Below, piece by piece: positions 47,748 through 58,657 of a DNA stretch of 64,000 nucleotides (the stretch's first letter is position 1; every line of letters begins with the position of its first letter). The notes under the pieces are model-generated. The model was not told the DNA's origin. It saw only the letters and a program-made list of their open reading frames with translations, and made no database searches. The position numbers were made by a program, and so were the translations under genes. The DNA comes from an uncultured Parachlamydiaceae bacterium (GTDB taxonomy: Bacteria; Chlamydiota; Chlamydiia; Chlamydiales; Parachlamydiaceae), in NCBI GenBank assembly GCA_963742415.1, contig CAVULX010000004.1, forward strand, positions 576,001-640,000, read 5' to 3'.

Positions 47748-48545
47748 TTAGGCAGTTTTACGGTTCTTTTTTCTGGGCTTTTTGTTTTTTTCTAGGCTTG
47801 CTTTCAACAGTGACATAATGTCTTGGACTTTTGTCATGCGAGGCTCTTGCGCTTTCGGATGGATGGGGCGCCCTTTCGCCTTCTGTTTAATGATGGCCTT
47901 AAGTTCTTCTGTGTAAGTATCGTGATAGGCTTGCGGCTTGAATGGTACGGTAAGCCCCTCAATCAGCTGCATGGCGATGTCGATCTCTTTTCCACTCAGT
48001 TTCTCCACAGGGGGAATATGGAGATCTTTCGCAATTGTCAATTCATTTTGATAACGCAATTCATTAAGAATGATGAGGTTATCATGCGTCTTTACAACAG
48101 CTATATGCTCCCGGTTTCTCAAGACGTATTTGGCCAATCCCACTTTTTTTGATTTTTTTAACGCTTCCCGCAATAAAGCATAAGCCTTTTCAGCATTTTT
48201 ATCCGGCTCGAGGAAATAGGGCTTTACGTAATAGATCGTATCGATCTCTTTCTCGTCGATAAAATGGACGATTTCAATTGTTTTAGTTTTTTTGAGATTG
48301 GCTTTTTCAAAATCTTCATCTTTCAAGACGACATAATTTCCCTTATCGAGCTCGTATCCTTTGACAATTTCCTCCCAGGGAACTTCCTTGTCCTCTAATT
48401 TACAAATTCTTGCATATCGAATTTCTGAAAGATCCTTTTTATGCAGCATGACAAAAGAAAGTTCCTTCTCGTGACTTGCCGTATACATATGGACCGGGAT
48501 ATTGACTAAGCCGAAACTTAAAGCTCCTCTCCATATGGCGCGCAT
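47748..48545 (-). CDS. ku: NHEJ protein Ku
   Basis: MRAIWRGALSFGLVNIPV, EIVKGYE, PYFLEP, DIMSLLKASL. Confidence 0.96.
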   Translation of the reverse strand: MRAIWRGALSFGLVNIPVHMYTASHEKELSFVMLHKKDLSEIRYARICKLEDKEVPWEEIVKGYELDKGNYVVLKDEDFEKANLKKTKTIEIVHFIDEKEIDTIYYVKPYFLEPDKNAEKAYALLREALKKSKKVGLAKYVLRNREHIAVVKTHDNLIILNELRYQNELTIAKDLHIPPVEKLSGKEIDIAMQLIEGLTVPFKPQAYHDTYTEELKAIIKQKAKGRPIHPKAQEPRMTKVQDIMSLLKASLEKNKKPRKKNRKTA

Positions 48546-48690
48546 AAGTTACCCTTAGAAAATTAATAGACGACTTATTAAACCTATTACCACCAATCCT
48601 ATGAATAGGTCAAATAATTATACCGAATTTTGGATTTTCAAATTTTCCTCCGCTTCTTTATACTCAAGCATTCGTTCAAGGAGAGTAGTT

Positions 48691-51600
48691 GTGTATCTCA
48701 AATCAATAGAAATTATCGGATTTAAGTCTTTTGCCGACAGGGTTAAAATCGATTTCACCTCGGGCATTACAGGAATTGTAGGACCAAACGGATGCGGAAA
48801 ATCGAACATTGCCGACGCTTTTAGATGGGTTTTGGGAGAACAATCAGCCAAATCGATGCGCGGCGGAAAGATGCTCGATGTTATTTTTGCCGGAACAGCC
48901 ACCCGCAAGCCTTTAAATTTTGCCGAAGTCAGTATTACGCTAGCGGAAGTAGGAGGTCAACTGCCTACAGAATTCGACGAGATCACTGTGACTAGACGGA
49001 TGCACCGCAGCGGCGAATCGGAATATTTCATCAACCGTCACAGTGTGCGTCTCAAAGATGTCCAAAGTTTGTTCCTCGATTCAGGAATCGGCAAAGATGC
49101 TTATTCTATATTTGAACAAGGAAAAATCGAACAAGTCATCCATTTTACTCCTCTAGAGCGGCGATACATCTTCGAAGAAGCTGCCGGGATTCTCCGCTTT
49201 TTGCAACGAAAAAAAGAAGCTTTACGGAAGCTTGAGCTTGCCGAATTAAATATAATCCGAGTTAAAGACATCCACCATGAAGTGGAAAAGCAAATCGTCG
49301 TCTTGGAAGAGCAAGCTGAAAAAGCGCGTGTCTACAAAGAGAAAAAAAACCAACTTGAAAAGTTAGAAAAAGGGGTGCTTATTGCCAAGAGCTGCCATTG
49401 GATAGAAAGAGGGAAGCATTCCGAACAAAAGGAGCATGCTCTTAAAGAAAAAGTTCAGGAGATCAACACCCAACTAGAACTCATCCAAAAGGATTTGCAA
49501 GCCGCAAAAGAATCTTCCAACCAAGGGGAAGATGTATTTAAAAAGGAAGGAGAACGTTTATTTAAAATACGGAGCGAAAAAGAAATTAAAATTCGCGAAA
49601 AGCAAACAGTGGAAGAGAGATTAAAAGAGACGGTCACAAAAGAGAAGCGGTGGCAGCACGAGCTCGAGGGGATGCAAGAGAAACGAAAAAAAAGGAAATT
49701 GGAGCAACAGCAATATCTCAAGCAGCAAGCAGACATCGAAAAAGAGATTGCGGCTCAAGAAGGGGCCGTAAAAGAACGTAGGGAAAAAGTGCACGCCTTG
49801 GAAGTGGACCTTAGCAAGCAGCGAGAACGTCAGCAAGATGTTCAAAGGGAATTGCTGAAAGTTTTACAGGAGGAAAGTCGCCTAGAAAGTGAGCTGAAAC
49901 AGCAAGAGATACGCCTAGAAGGCAACCAACAAAGAAAAACACAGATTTTCGCGGGTCATAAAAACTTATCACTCCGCCTTGAGGAGTTAGAAAAACAAAA
50001 GTCAGAAAAAGATCAAACCATTAAAAACTTATCCACAACGATCTCTGAAAATAAGCTGGAGCTGAACAAAAGGGAAAATGAGGGGCGGGAATTAACTGAA
50101 AAATTGATGCAGCTACAAAACCAACTCGATGAGTTGAGAAGGGAAGAAACGGAAATTAAAACCCGTCATCAAGTTTTACAAAAATTCAGAGAAGAAATGG
50201 AAGGGTTTTCCTCAAGCAGTAAACGGCTTCTCCAAGAATCGAACAATCCCGCAAGTCCGTTATTTCAAAAACTAAACCCTCTATATGAATTTATCGTTCC
50301 TGAAAAGGGGGGCGAAGCCACTGTGGCGGCTTTGCTAAAACCCTATGCTCACACCTTGGTCGTGAAAACTCCCGAGGATTTTGAGGCGGTTGTAAGTTTC
50401 GCCAAGAAGTACAAATTAAAAGATTTTTCCCTCTTTTGCTTACAACATGTTGAAGTGGAAAAATCCTCTAAGGAGAGTTCCTCCAGCTTATCCAAGCATG
50501 TCTCTTTCAATGAAATTTCTTCCCATTTTTTGAAGCATGCCAGGATGGCTGATAACTTAGGACAAGCTTTGCAGGTTGTTAATCAAGCCCATGGATGTGA
50601 AGCCTGGTTGGAAGAGGGGATTTTTGTCGATCATCGGCATGTTGTCTTTTTTGCAGCCCAAAACGAAAATAATGTTTTCGTAAGGGAAGCGGAGATCAAA
50701 TCTTTAGAGTCTCGTCGAAAAGAATGTGAAAAAAGAAAAACTGCCCAAGAAGAATTATATAAAACTCTCCATCAACGGAAACAGCAAGTGCAAAACGAAT
50801 GGGGCGAATGGGAAAAAACGATCCGGAAGGAAGAAATGAAGTTGGTCGAGCACAACTATGCCCTGCAAACCTTCCAAAAAGACTTAGAAAAGATCAAAAA
50901 AGAGCAAAAACAGTTCGAAAATGAGCAGAAAGAAATTTTAGAACTGCTGAATAAGTTGACACATTCCCGCCAAGATTGGCAAGAAAGGCACGCAAAAGCC
51001 AAATTAGATGTCGCTGAAGTGCAAAAAAAGTCTTCTCAATTATACCAAGAGATAGAAAATGGGGGGCTTGCACTCAAACAAGAACAACTCCATCTGCAGG
51101 ATAAAGAAAGCGTCTACCACCATTCTTCCCAAGAGCTTCGGAAAATCCTCCATGCTCTCCATGTCATTGAAATTCAAGATTTAGAAAGCTTTCAGCAAGA
51201 AGCACGGCTGGAAGAGGAGATCAAGACCTGCCGAGACTTGCAAAGCCATATCAAGGTCAAAGGGAATGAAAATGACTTTCAACTGCAATCTGTCGAAAAC
51301 ATGCTTCAGGAAACTGTTGTCAATTACACAAATTTAGAAAAGGAAAACCTCCAACGGAAAAAAGGGATAGAAAAAATTGAAGGCAAAGAACAAGAAAAAC
51401 GGCAGGCATTAAAAGAATTAGAAAAACAATTATATCAAGTCGAAATCCACTTTACCCAAGCGAAAACGACACTTCAATCCTTAGAAACGGAGTTGCATGA
51501 GCGTTATCAATTATCTATGGAACAAGCGCTCCGTAGCGAAATGCTAGAAATTTCGATCGATGATGCCGAGCGGAACGTGAAAAAGTTAAGGCAAGAGTTA

Positions 51601-52227
51601 GAAGCAGCCGGCGATGTGAATATGACTTCGATCGGAGAATACGAAAAACATAAAAGCCGCTATGAATTTCTGAATCAACAAATGGATGACGTGCATGTTT
51701 CTAAACAGGAACTCGTCAAAATTATTGCCCAACTGGATTCAGAAAGCAGAAAAGTGTTTCATGAAGTATTCGCAAAGATCCAAGAAAATTTTAAGAAGAA
51801 TTTTAAAATTTTATTCGATGGGGGAGAGGCCGATTTGCAATTTACCGAATCTTCCGATGTCCTAGAAGCTGGCATCGAGATCATCGCAAAACCACCGGGG
51901 AAACAGATGCGTTCCATTCACCTTATGTCGGGTGGGGAGAAGTGCTTGACAGCTATGGCCTTGCTTTTTGCTATTTTCGAGGTGAAATCCGTCCCTTATT
52001 GTATTTTAGACGAGATCGATGCCCCTTTAGACGACACCAATGTGGGTCGATTTATGAATGTTCTCAAACAGTTTATCGATCGCTGCCAATTTATCGTTAT
52101 TACCCACAACAAAAGAACCATGTCTATTGCTGATGTGCTATTTGGCGTTTCCATGGAGGAACGTGGGGTCTCCAAAATTTTATCCATGCAATTTTCCAAC
52201 AAACCCGTCCTCGCCACGATGAGCTAG
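48691..52227 (+). CDS. smc: Chromosome segregation protein SMC
   Basis: GFKSFA, GPNGCGKSN, long coiled coils, MSGGEK, LDEIDAPLD, ITHN; GTG start chosen by homology pattern. Confidence 0.96.
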   Translation: MYLKSIEIIGFKSFADRVKIDFTSGITGIVGPNGCGKSNIADAFRWVLGEQSAKSMRGGKMLDVIFAGTATRKPLNFAEVSITLAEVGGQLPTEFDEITVTRRMHRSGESEYFINRHSVRLKDVQSLFLDSGIGKDAYSIFEQGKIEQVIHFTPLERRYIFEEAAGILRFLQRKKEALRKLELAELNIIRVKDIHHEVEKQIVVLEEQAEKARVYKEKKNQLEKLEKGVLIAKSCHWIERGKHSEQKEHALKEKVQEINTQLELIQKDLQAAKESSNQGEDVFKKEGERLFKIRSEKEIKIREKQTVEERLKETVTKEKRWQHELEGMQEKRKKRKLEQQQYLKQQADIEKEIAAQEGAVKERREKVHALEVDLSKQRERQQDVQRELLKVLQEESRLESELKQQEIRLEGNQQRKTQIFAGHKNLSLRLEELEKQKSEKDQTIKNLSTTISENKLELNKRENEGRELTEKLMQLQNQLDELRREETEIKTRHQVLQKFREEMEGFSSSSKRLLQESNNPASPLFQKLNPLYEFIVPEKGGEATVAALLKPYAHTLVVKTPEDFEAVVSFAKKYKLKDFSLFCLQHVEVEKSSKESSSSLSKHVSFNEISSHFLKHARMADNLGQALQVVNQAHGCEAWLEEGIFVDHRHVVFFAAQNENNVFVREAEIKSLESRRKECEKRKTAQEELYKTLHQRKQQVQNEWGEWEKTIRKEEMKLVEHNYALQTFQKDLEKIKKEQKQFENEQKEILELLNKLTHSRQDWQERHAKAKLDVAEVQKKSSQLYQEIENGGLALKQEQLHLQDKESVYHHSSQELRKILHALHVIEIQDLESFQQEARLEEEIKTCRDLQSHIKVKGNENDFQLQSVENMLQETVVNYTNLEKENLQRKKGIEKIEGKEQEKRQALKELEKQLYQVEIHFTQAKTTLQSLETELHERYQLSMEQALRSEMLEISIDDAERNVKKLRQELEAAGDVNMTSIGEYEKHKSRYEFLNQQMDDVHVSKQELVKIIAQLDSESRKVFHEVFAKIQENFKKNFKILFDGGEADLQFTESSDVLEAGIEIIAKPPGKQMRSIHLMSGGEKCLTAMALLFAIFEVKSVPYCILDEIDAPLDDTNVGRFMNVLKQFIDRCQFIVITHNKRTMSIADVLFGVSMEERGVSKILSMQFSNKPVLATMS

Positions 52228-52233
52228 GCTGAT

Positions 52234-52573
52234 TTGCAAAAATCACCACAGAGGCACTGAAATCACTGAGATAGATTGAGATCAATGAGATTGTATGAAA
52301 AACAGGATAGACAGGATCGTAAACGGCAGGATTAGCAAGATAAAAAAAACTATTTTTGAAATTTACAAGGCTAAAAACATATATCACTTGTGGTCAGCTT
52401 TAAAAAAGGTTTTAGATTAATTATGTCCACCTTCACCTTTATCTTCTAACTTTTTATTTTCTATTATCTTGTTTATCCTGCCGTTTACGATCCTGTCTAT
52501 CCTGTTTTTCATACAATCTCATTGATCTCAATCTATCTCAGTGATCTCAGTGCCTCTGTGGTGATTTTTGCAA
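52234..52573. repeat. Palindromic intergenic element, nested long form, copy E (340 bp)
   Basis: 110-bp arms 52234-52343 / 52464-52573 (3 mismatches); the inner 42 bp is a variant of the copy A-D arm. Confidence 0.95.
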
Positions 52574-52575
52574 CA

Positions 52576-53418
52576 CTAAGTCTTCAGCTTGCCAGTCCAG
52601 CCCAGCTTGGTGCGAAGGGTCGAAAAGTAGTCATGATAAGGCATGCTCACAAGCTTAAAGGTGCGCTCGGAACGCTTGATCCGAAAAACATCGCCGCTAC
52701 TAATCTTGTAGCTTGGAAAACCATCATTGGCCACCTCAACAGGATCGTGATCGCTCGTATATTGAATTTGGATCTCCTGCTTCGGCATAAGAACAATCGG
52801 CCTATTGGATATGGTATGGGGGCAGATAGGGGTGATGACATAGGCTTCTAATTCCGGGGTCAAAATAGGCCCCCCGGCAGCCATCGAATAGGCCGTAGAC
52901 CCACTCGGAGTAGAGATAATCACTCCATCGGCGGAAAACGTATTTAAATAGTTTCCATCGACATACATAGCCAACTCGATAAGGCAAAGATTTTGCGCCC
53001 GATGGATCACAATTTCATTCACCGCAAAGCAAGTTTCCCCATGCGCTGTTTCTCCGTTCATGACAACCCGCTCCGACACCCGATAATTGCCATTTAATAA
53101 ATCTTGCAAGCTCGTATGGATATCATTAATGGGAATATCGGCCATAAACCCAAGACCCCCTAAATTAATTCCCAGAAGAGGTACTTGCAATTCAGGGTGG
53201 CGGTGCACAAGTCTGAGGATTGTCCCATCGCCGCCCAAAGAAATCATGAAGTCGACTGTAGCAGGATCAATCGTCGATAAAGGGACAGCGTCGAGAACTT
53301 TCGCTTCGGCATCATCGGCAACGACAGTGACTCCATGTTGAGTTAAAAATTCTCTGATGCCTATCGCAATGGTTTTCGCTTGGCTTTTTAATGTGTTGGG
53401 GAAGAGAGCAATAATCAT
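52576..53418 (-). CDS. nadK: NAD kinase
   Basis: SLGGDGT, GINLGGLGF, NE, DGVIISTPSGSTAYSMAAGGP. Confidence 0.96.
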   Translation of the reverse strand: MIIALFPNTLKSQAKTIAIGIREFLTQHGVTVVADDAEAKVLDAVPLSTIDPATVDFMISLGGDGTILRLVHRHPELQVPLLGINLGGLGFMADIPINDIHTSLQDLLNGNYRVSERVVMNGETAHGETCFAVNEIVIHRAQNLCLIELAMYVDGNYLNTFSADGVIISTPSGSTAYSMAAGGPILTPELEAYVITPICPHTISNRPIVLMPKQEIQIQYTSDHDPVEVANDGFPSYKISSGDVFRIKRSERTFKLVSMPYHDYFSTLRTKLGWTGKLKT

Positions 53419-53424
53419 CTGTAT

Positions 53425-55353
53425 TTATAAGGTATGGGGTTGTTTTCTTGCCGAGAGTTCGGCTAAAGGATTGCCGGAAAATCTCAGCTGCTGGCAGATT
53501 TTATGTGCAATTTTTTCCGGAGTAAGCCCCAACTCGTTCATGATGGCCGAATGGGATCCTTGTTCGATGAATGCTTCGGGCACACCAAAATTGCTCACTT
53601 GGATGTTGTTGTAACCTTGCGACATCAAGAAATGGTTGAGAATACAGCCAAAGCCAGCTGCTAAAGAATGCTCTTCTATCGTCACTATGTGTTGATGGGA
53701 AACTAAAAGCTTGCATATCAACTCGGTATCCAAAGGTTTGACAAAGATCGGATCCACCACAGTGGCCCGGATCCCTTTTTCAGCTAAGAGATCCCTTACT
53801 TGGATGGCGGTATAAACCATATGGCCCAAGCCAAGGATCAAAATCCCTTCCCCCTCAGCTAAAATTTCCCCTTTTCCCAATTCCCGATATTGAAGGGGAA
53901 GCTGAGGCTCTTCAGTAGCCATATTAGGGTAGCGGATCGCCGTGGGCCTTCCCCATGAAAATGAAGATTCTAAGAGCTCCTTAAGGACATGCCCATTCCG
54001 GGGCTGTGTGATAATCATGTTAGGCATTGCATTGAGAAAAGCAATGTCATAGATCCCATTGTGGGTGGAGCCATCAGGACCTGCAATCCCTGCGCGGTCG
54101 ATCGCAAAGACGACGGGAAGTTCTTGCAAGCAAACATCGTGAAACACATTATCAAAGGCCCGTTGGAGAAACGTGGAATAGATCGAAGCCACCACCTTCA
54201 TTTTTTTTCCGTAAGCAATCCCTCCACACAACGTCACACAATGCCCTTCGGCAATCCCTACATCGAGGCACCGCTCGGGAAATTTTTTCATGAAGTCATC
54301 TAGGCAGGAGCCGCACGACATTGCTGGAGTCACACAGACCAGGCTGGGATCATTTTCTGCCATTTTTAAAATATAGGAACCAAAGACTTTTGGAAATGTC
54401 GGCTTTGTCACAGGAGTGGGCAAAAACTTGCCTGTATCCCGATTAAAGGGTTTGGCTCCATGATAGGAAATGGGATTTTGAATGGCTTCGTCCATCCCTT
54501 GCCCCTTGTTGGTATGCACATGTACCACAACAGGCCAATGGGAATTTTTCAAACTCTCCAAAACTTCGATCAGTTTTTTGACATCATGTCCATCCACAGG
54601 CCCGATATAGGAAAGGCCAAATTGTTCAAAAAAAGCTGCAGGGCTAAAAAGGTTCTTAATCGATTCTGTGATTTTGTGCCCTTGCTTCGATAACATGCCG
54701 CCTAAACTGGGAATTTTGGAAACGAGGGTATCGATTTCTTGATATAGCTTATGCATTGTAGGATTGCTCACCATGCGGCTTAAAATATCTTTGATGGCTC
54801 CCACATTTTTAGAAATAGACATCGCATTGTCGTTGAGGATCACAATAAACCGCTTAAGATCTCTAGACATATTGTTGAGTGCTTCGAGCGACATGCCGCA
54901 AGTCAAAGTAGCATCTCCAATAATCGGAACGACATATTCATTTCTTTTTGCAAGGTCCCGATTTTTCACCACACCCAATGCTAGGGATAAAGCTGTGCCT
55001 GCATGGCCTGCATAAAAATGGTCATGGGGGGACTCTTTAGGATGTCCAAACCCGCACAATCCCTTATATTGCCTCATCTGGTGGAAGAGGTCATTTCTTC
55101 CAGTGAGGATTTTATGGGTATAAGTTTGATGGCTCACATCCCAGATGAATTTGTCTTCGGGGGAATCAAATACTCGGTGCAAGGCGAGGGTTAGCTCAAC
55201 AGATCCCAGATTGGAAGCCAAATGCCCTCCATTAACTGACATCACTTCGATAATCCGCTGTCGGATTTCACTAGCAAGTTGCGTCAACTGCACGGCCGAA
55301 AGCCGTTTCAATTGCTGTGGATTTTGAATTTTGCTTAAAAGGGGATACGCCAT
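53425..55353 (-). CDS. dxs: 1-deoxy-D-xylulose-5-phosphate synthase
   Basis: [18 protein letters not shown]...[23 protein letters not shown]. Confidence 0.97.
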   Translation of the reverse strand: MAYPLLSKIQNPQQLKRLSAVQLTQLASEIRQRIIEVMSVNGGHLASNLGSVELTLALHRVFDSPEDKFIWDVSHQTYTHKILTGRNDLFHQMRQYKGLCGFGHPKESPHDHFYAGHAGTALSLALGVVKNRDLAKRNEYVVPIIGDATLTCGMSLEALNNMSRDLKRFIVILNDNAMSISKNVGAIKDILSRMVSNPTMHKLYQEIDTLVSKIPSLGGMLSKQGHKITESIKNLFSPAAFFEQFGLSYIGPVDGHDVKKLIEVLESLKNSHWPVVVHVHTNKGQGMDEAIQNPISYHGAKPFNRDTGKFLPTPVTKPTFPKVFGSYILKMAENDPSLVCVTPAMSCGSCLDDFMKKFPERCLDVGIAEGHCVTLCGGIAYGKKMKVVASIYSTFLQRAFDNVFHDVCLQELPVVFAIDRAGIAGPDGSTHNGIYDIAFLNAMPNMIITQPRNGHVLKELLESSFSWGRPTAIRYPNMATEEPQLPLQYRELGKGEILAEGEGILILGLGHMVYTAIQVRDLLAEKGIRATVVDPIFVKPLDTELICKLLVSHQHIVTIEEHSLAAGFGCILNHFLMSQGYNNIQVSNFGVPEAFIEQGSHSAIMNELGLTPEKIAHKICQQLRFSGNPLAELSARKQPHTL

Positions 55354-55373
55354 TGTGATGCCTCATACATCTT

Positions 55374-55658
55374 TTAGGTTGAAGCCGAAAAGTCTTGCAT
55401 TGTCGGCTTTTGATCATTCCCTAAAACAAACTCGCCAGAGTTGCGATTTTTTATGAGCATTTCAACAGTTCGTTCTGCGTCATTAAGTTTCTTTGCGCAA
55501 TGAATGATCAGTTTGTCGGCTTCCTCGTAGAGCTTCAGGGCATCGTCAAGGCCGATAGTTCCGGTATTCATTTTTTCAAGAATCTCTTCCAAACGATGAA
55601 AACTTGTTTCAAAGTTGATGTCTTTTTGGGAATCTTTGGATGGGGTAGATTGCGTCAC
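55374..55658 (-). CDS. xseB: Exodeoxyribonuclease VII small subunit
   Basis: [17 protein letters not shown]; adjacent to xseA. Confidence 0.93.
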   Translation of the reverse strand: MTQSTPSKDSQKDINFETSFHRLEEILEKMNTGTIGLDDALKLYEEADKLIIHCAKKLNDAERTVEMLIKNRNSGEFVLGNDQKPTMQDFSAST

Positions 55659-57145
55659 TTTGGTACAATATCGTTAATGGTTGATAATATTTCGCCATCC
55701 GATAAAAGCAATCGGATCGCTTGTTGTTTTTCAACATCGTATATCGATGTTATAACTGAGTGATCTTTTTCTGCAAACACAATAGCATACCCCTTAGACA
55801 AAAGAGTTTTGGGGTCGATAGCTTGAAGCGCTTTCGATACTTTAGTTAGCCGCTCGTTCGCTAAAGCGAGGATCTTACCCATCAAGGTGTCCAATTGTTT
55901 TCTTCTTTGTAAAGGCTGAAGCATTTTTTTGCGGTTATTGAGTTGCAACTGCCAGATGTTCAAGAGTCCGCTTTCGATTTTTTGAAGGCTTATTTTATAT
56001 TGACTTGTCTTCCCTAAGAATGTAGTGCGGATGGCCTTGCCATAAGAGCTCAGTTTTTGCCGAAAATAGGCAATCTGGGTAGAAGGCTTTAATGCATAAA
56101 GCTGCTTATTTTTCCCTTCTAAAAGAATTTTATAATGTTTAAATTTTTGCCTTATAGCATCGTCGAGCTGGCTTCGAAAATTGTCTAGTTTTTGCATCCA
56201 AGGCCCCAAGATTCCATATGGAGAGGCAAAAAGAGGATGGCGGCAAAGCCCTTTGAGCTGTTGCCGATGGTGGCGGATCAAATGCTTTAACGTTTGGATC
56301 ATCCGCTGTTGGATTTGCCCCAAATGGTAGATATAATGGGCTTTTTCAGCGATGACGATCTCTGCCGCCGCTGAGGGGGTTGGAGCCCGTACATCAGCCA
56401 CATAATCGGCAATGCAATGATCTGTTTCATGTCCCACAGCGGAAATGATGGGGATCTTGCTATGATAAACCGCCTCAGCAACAATTTCCTCGTTAAAAGC
56501 CCAGAGGTCTTCAATGCTGCCCCCTCCACGTCCAACAATAAGGACGTCAACGAGGTCATATTCATTGAATTGTTGAATCGCCCGGGCAATCTCTTGCGCA
56601 GCTCCTTCCCCTTGAACTTTCACAGGGTTTAAGATCAAGTGGAATCCCGAGAAACGGCGGGTTAGAATATGAAGAATATCTTGAATTGCCGCTCCCGTTG
56701 GGCTCGTCACCACCCCTATACGGCGGGGCATCTTTGGCAATGGGCGCTTCCGTTCTTTTTTAAAATACCCTTTTTTCAATAATTTTACTTTCAATTCCTC
56801 CAACTTGAGAAGCAATTCCCCCAAGCCTACCGGCTTTAGCTCCTTGACGATGATCTGGTATCTGCCCCCCGCAGGATAGACGTTTAAATCTCCTCGGACA
56901 AGCACTTGATCTCCTTCTTTTGGAACAGCTTTAAGTTGAATTGCATCCATGCGGTACATCACGGCAGAAATTTGCGCAGAGGGATCTTTAAGGGTAAAAT
57001 ACAGGTGGCCAGAGGAGTGCAGCTTGCTATTGCTGACTTCCCCCTGAACAATCACGGATGGGAAGGTGGTCTCTAAACAATGTTTAATTGCCGTCGTCAA
57101 TTGAGAGACGGTCAATGCTGGCATTTTGCTCGTTTCAAGTGTCAT
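55655..57145 (-). CDS. xseA: Exodeoxyribonuclease VII large subunit
   Basis: [48 protein letters not shown]. Confidence 0.96.
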   Translation of the reverse strand: MTLETSKMPALTVSQLTTAIKHCLETTFPSVIVQGEVSNSKLHSSGHLYFTLKDPSAQISAVMYRMDAIQLKAVPKEGDQVLVRGDLNVYPAGGRYQIIVKELKPVGLGELLLKLEELKVKLLKKGYFKKERKRPLPKMPRRIGVVTSPTGAAIQDILHILTRRFSGFHLILNPVKVQGEGAAQEIARAIQQFNEYDLVDVLIVGRGGGSIEDLWAFNEEIVAEAVYHSKIPIISAVGHETDHCIADYVADVRAPTPSAAAEIVIAEKAHYIYHLGQIQQRMIQTLKHLIRHHRQQLKGLCRHPLFASPYGILGPWMQKLDNFRSQLDDAIRQKFKHYKILLEGKNKQLYALKPSTQIAYFRQKLSSYGKAIRTTFLGKTSQYKISLQKIESGLLNIWQLQLNNRKKMLQPLQRRKQLDTLMGKILALANERLTKVSKALQAIDPKTLLSKGYAIVFAEKDHSVITSIYDVEKQQAIRLLLSDGEILSTINDIVPK

Positions 57146-57236
57146 TTTTTAACTGCATTAGAAGTTTGTGAACACCCTCTTAGAAAAGAGTTGAATTTCA
57201 TCTTATTTTTTCCTATGATAGCGGAAAGTAAAATTT

Positions 57237-58031
57237 ATGCGAAATAGATCTAAACAACCCTTTATCATCGGCAATTGGAAAATGTACAAAACAATCGAGG
57301 AATCGATTGAGTACCTACAAAAATTTTTGCCGAAAATTCAAAATGCATCGGCTCAGATTTTTTTAGCGGTTCCCTTTACCGCTCTGAGCGCCGTGGCTGA
57401 ATTATGCCATAAAACCCCCATCCAAGTAGGGGCCCAAAACATGCACGATGCAGAAAAAGGGGCCTTCACAGGAGAAATTGCAGGCTACATGCTGAGGGAA
57501 GCCGGCGCCTCTTTCGTCATCTTGGGCCACTCCGAGCGTCGCCGATACTTTGGCGAAACGAACCAGTTCATCAATAAAAAGGTAAAACGAGCTTTTACAG
57601 ATAAATTGTGCCCCGTCCTCTGCATAGGCGAAACGGCAGAAGAGCGGGATAACGGGGACACAGAAAAAGTCCTTTCGATCCAATTAGAAAAATGCCTAGA
57701 AGGGATCTCACCCGAACAAATTGCACAAATGATGATCGCGTATGAACCTGTCTGGGCCATCGGAACAGGCCGGGTGGCATCTCCGCAAACGGCCCAAGCC
57801 GCCCACAGCTTTTGCCGGCAATTCATTGTCGAAAAATTTGGAAAAGCAACGGCTGAAAAAGTTGTCCTTCTTTATGGGGGTTCCGCCAACGGAGAAAATG
57901 GGGCAGGGCTCCTAGAGTTGCAAGATGTCGATGGACTGCTCGTAGGCTCAGCCTCCTTAGAGGTTAATCAGTTTACTAAAATCGTTCATTTAAATGTATC
58001 TAAATACAAAACTAAGTCGGTAGCATTATGA
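57237..58031 (+). CDS. tpiA: Triosephosphate isomerase
   Basis: GNWKM, GAFTGE, GHSERR, AYEPVWAIGTG, YGGS. Confidence 0.97.
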   Translation: MRNRSKQPFIIGNWKMYKTIEESIEYLQKFLPKIQNASAQIFLAVPFTALSAVAELCHKTPIQVGAQNMHDAEKGAFTGEIAGYMLREAGASFVILGHSERRRYFGETNQFINKKVKRAFTDKLCPVLCIGETAEERDNGDTEKVLSIQLEKCLEGISPEQIAQMMIAYEPVWAIGTGRVASPQTAQAAHSFCRQFIVEKFGKATAEKVVLLYGGSANGENGAGLLELQDVDGLLVGSASLEVNQFTKIVHLNVSKYKTKSVAL

Positions 58032-58321
58032 TGACATTCTTATATTTCACGGCTATAGCTTTATTCATGTTCCTTTGCGTTGTTTTGTGCTTTGTCGTTT
58101 TGATCCAAGAAAGCAAGAGCACTGGCTTAGGAGCTTCTTTCGGAGGGGATTCGGGCGATTCCTTATTTGGGACCTCCACCGCCGATGTATTAAAAAAGTT
58201 TACAGCATGGTTAGCCATCATGTTTCTGGTAGGGTGTGTGCTTCTGTCCCTTTGGACCACAAGCTTAGGCCGCAGTTCCAACGCGAATGTAGCCCCCTTC
58301 ACCATGGACCGCGTTGAATAA
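58028..58321 (+). CDS. secG: Preprotein translocase subunit SecG
   Basis: VLIQESK-GLGASFGG, LKKFT, two TMs; follows tpiA. Confidence 0.92.
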   Translation: MMTFLYFTAIALFMFLCVVLCFVVLIQESKSTGLGASFGGDSGDSLFGTSTADVLKKFTAWLAIMFLVGCVLLSLWTTSLGRSSNANVAPFTMDRVE

Positions 58322-58336
58322 AAATAGCCCGAATTT

Positions 58337-58634
58337 TCACCACAGAGACAACTGAGATAGATTGAGATCAATGAGATTGTATGAAAAACAGGATAGGCAG
58401 GATCGTAAACGGTAAAAAGTTAGAAGATAAAGGTAAAGGTGGACATAATTAATCTAAAACTTTTTTTAAAGCTGACCACAAGTGATATATGTTTTTAGCC
58501 TTATAAATTTCAAAAATAGTTGTTTTTTTTATCTTGCTAATCATGCAATGCCGTTTACGATTCTGACCATCCTGTTTTTCATGCAATCTCATTGATCTCA
58601 ATCTATCTCAGTGATCTCAGTGTCTCTGTGGTGA
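58337..58634. repeat. Palindromic intergenic element, nested long form, copy F (inverted relative to E)
   Basis: Same arms as copy E with small indels; spacer is the reverse complement of the copy E spacer. Confidence 0.93.
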
Positions 58635-58657
58635 GAAATAGTGGAAAATTCTATGTG

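Noticed and set aside
2338..58634. Palindrome family as a CRISPR array or integron attC sites
   Set aside because: Copies are dispersed rather than tandem, spacers are shared between copies, there are no cas or intI genes, and the flanking genes are core housekeeping genes
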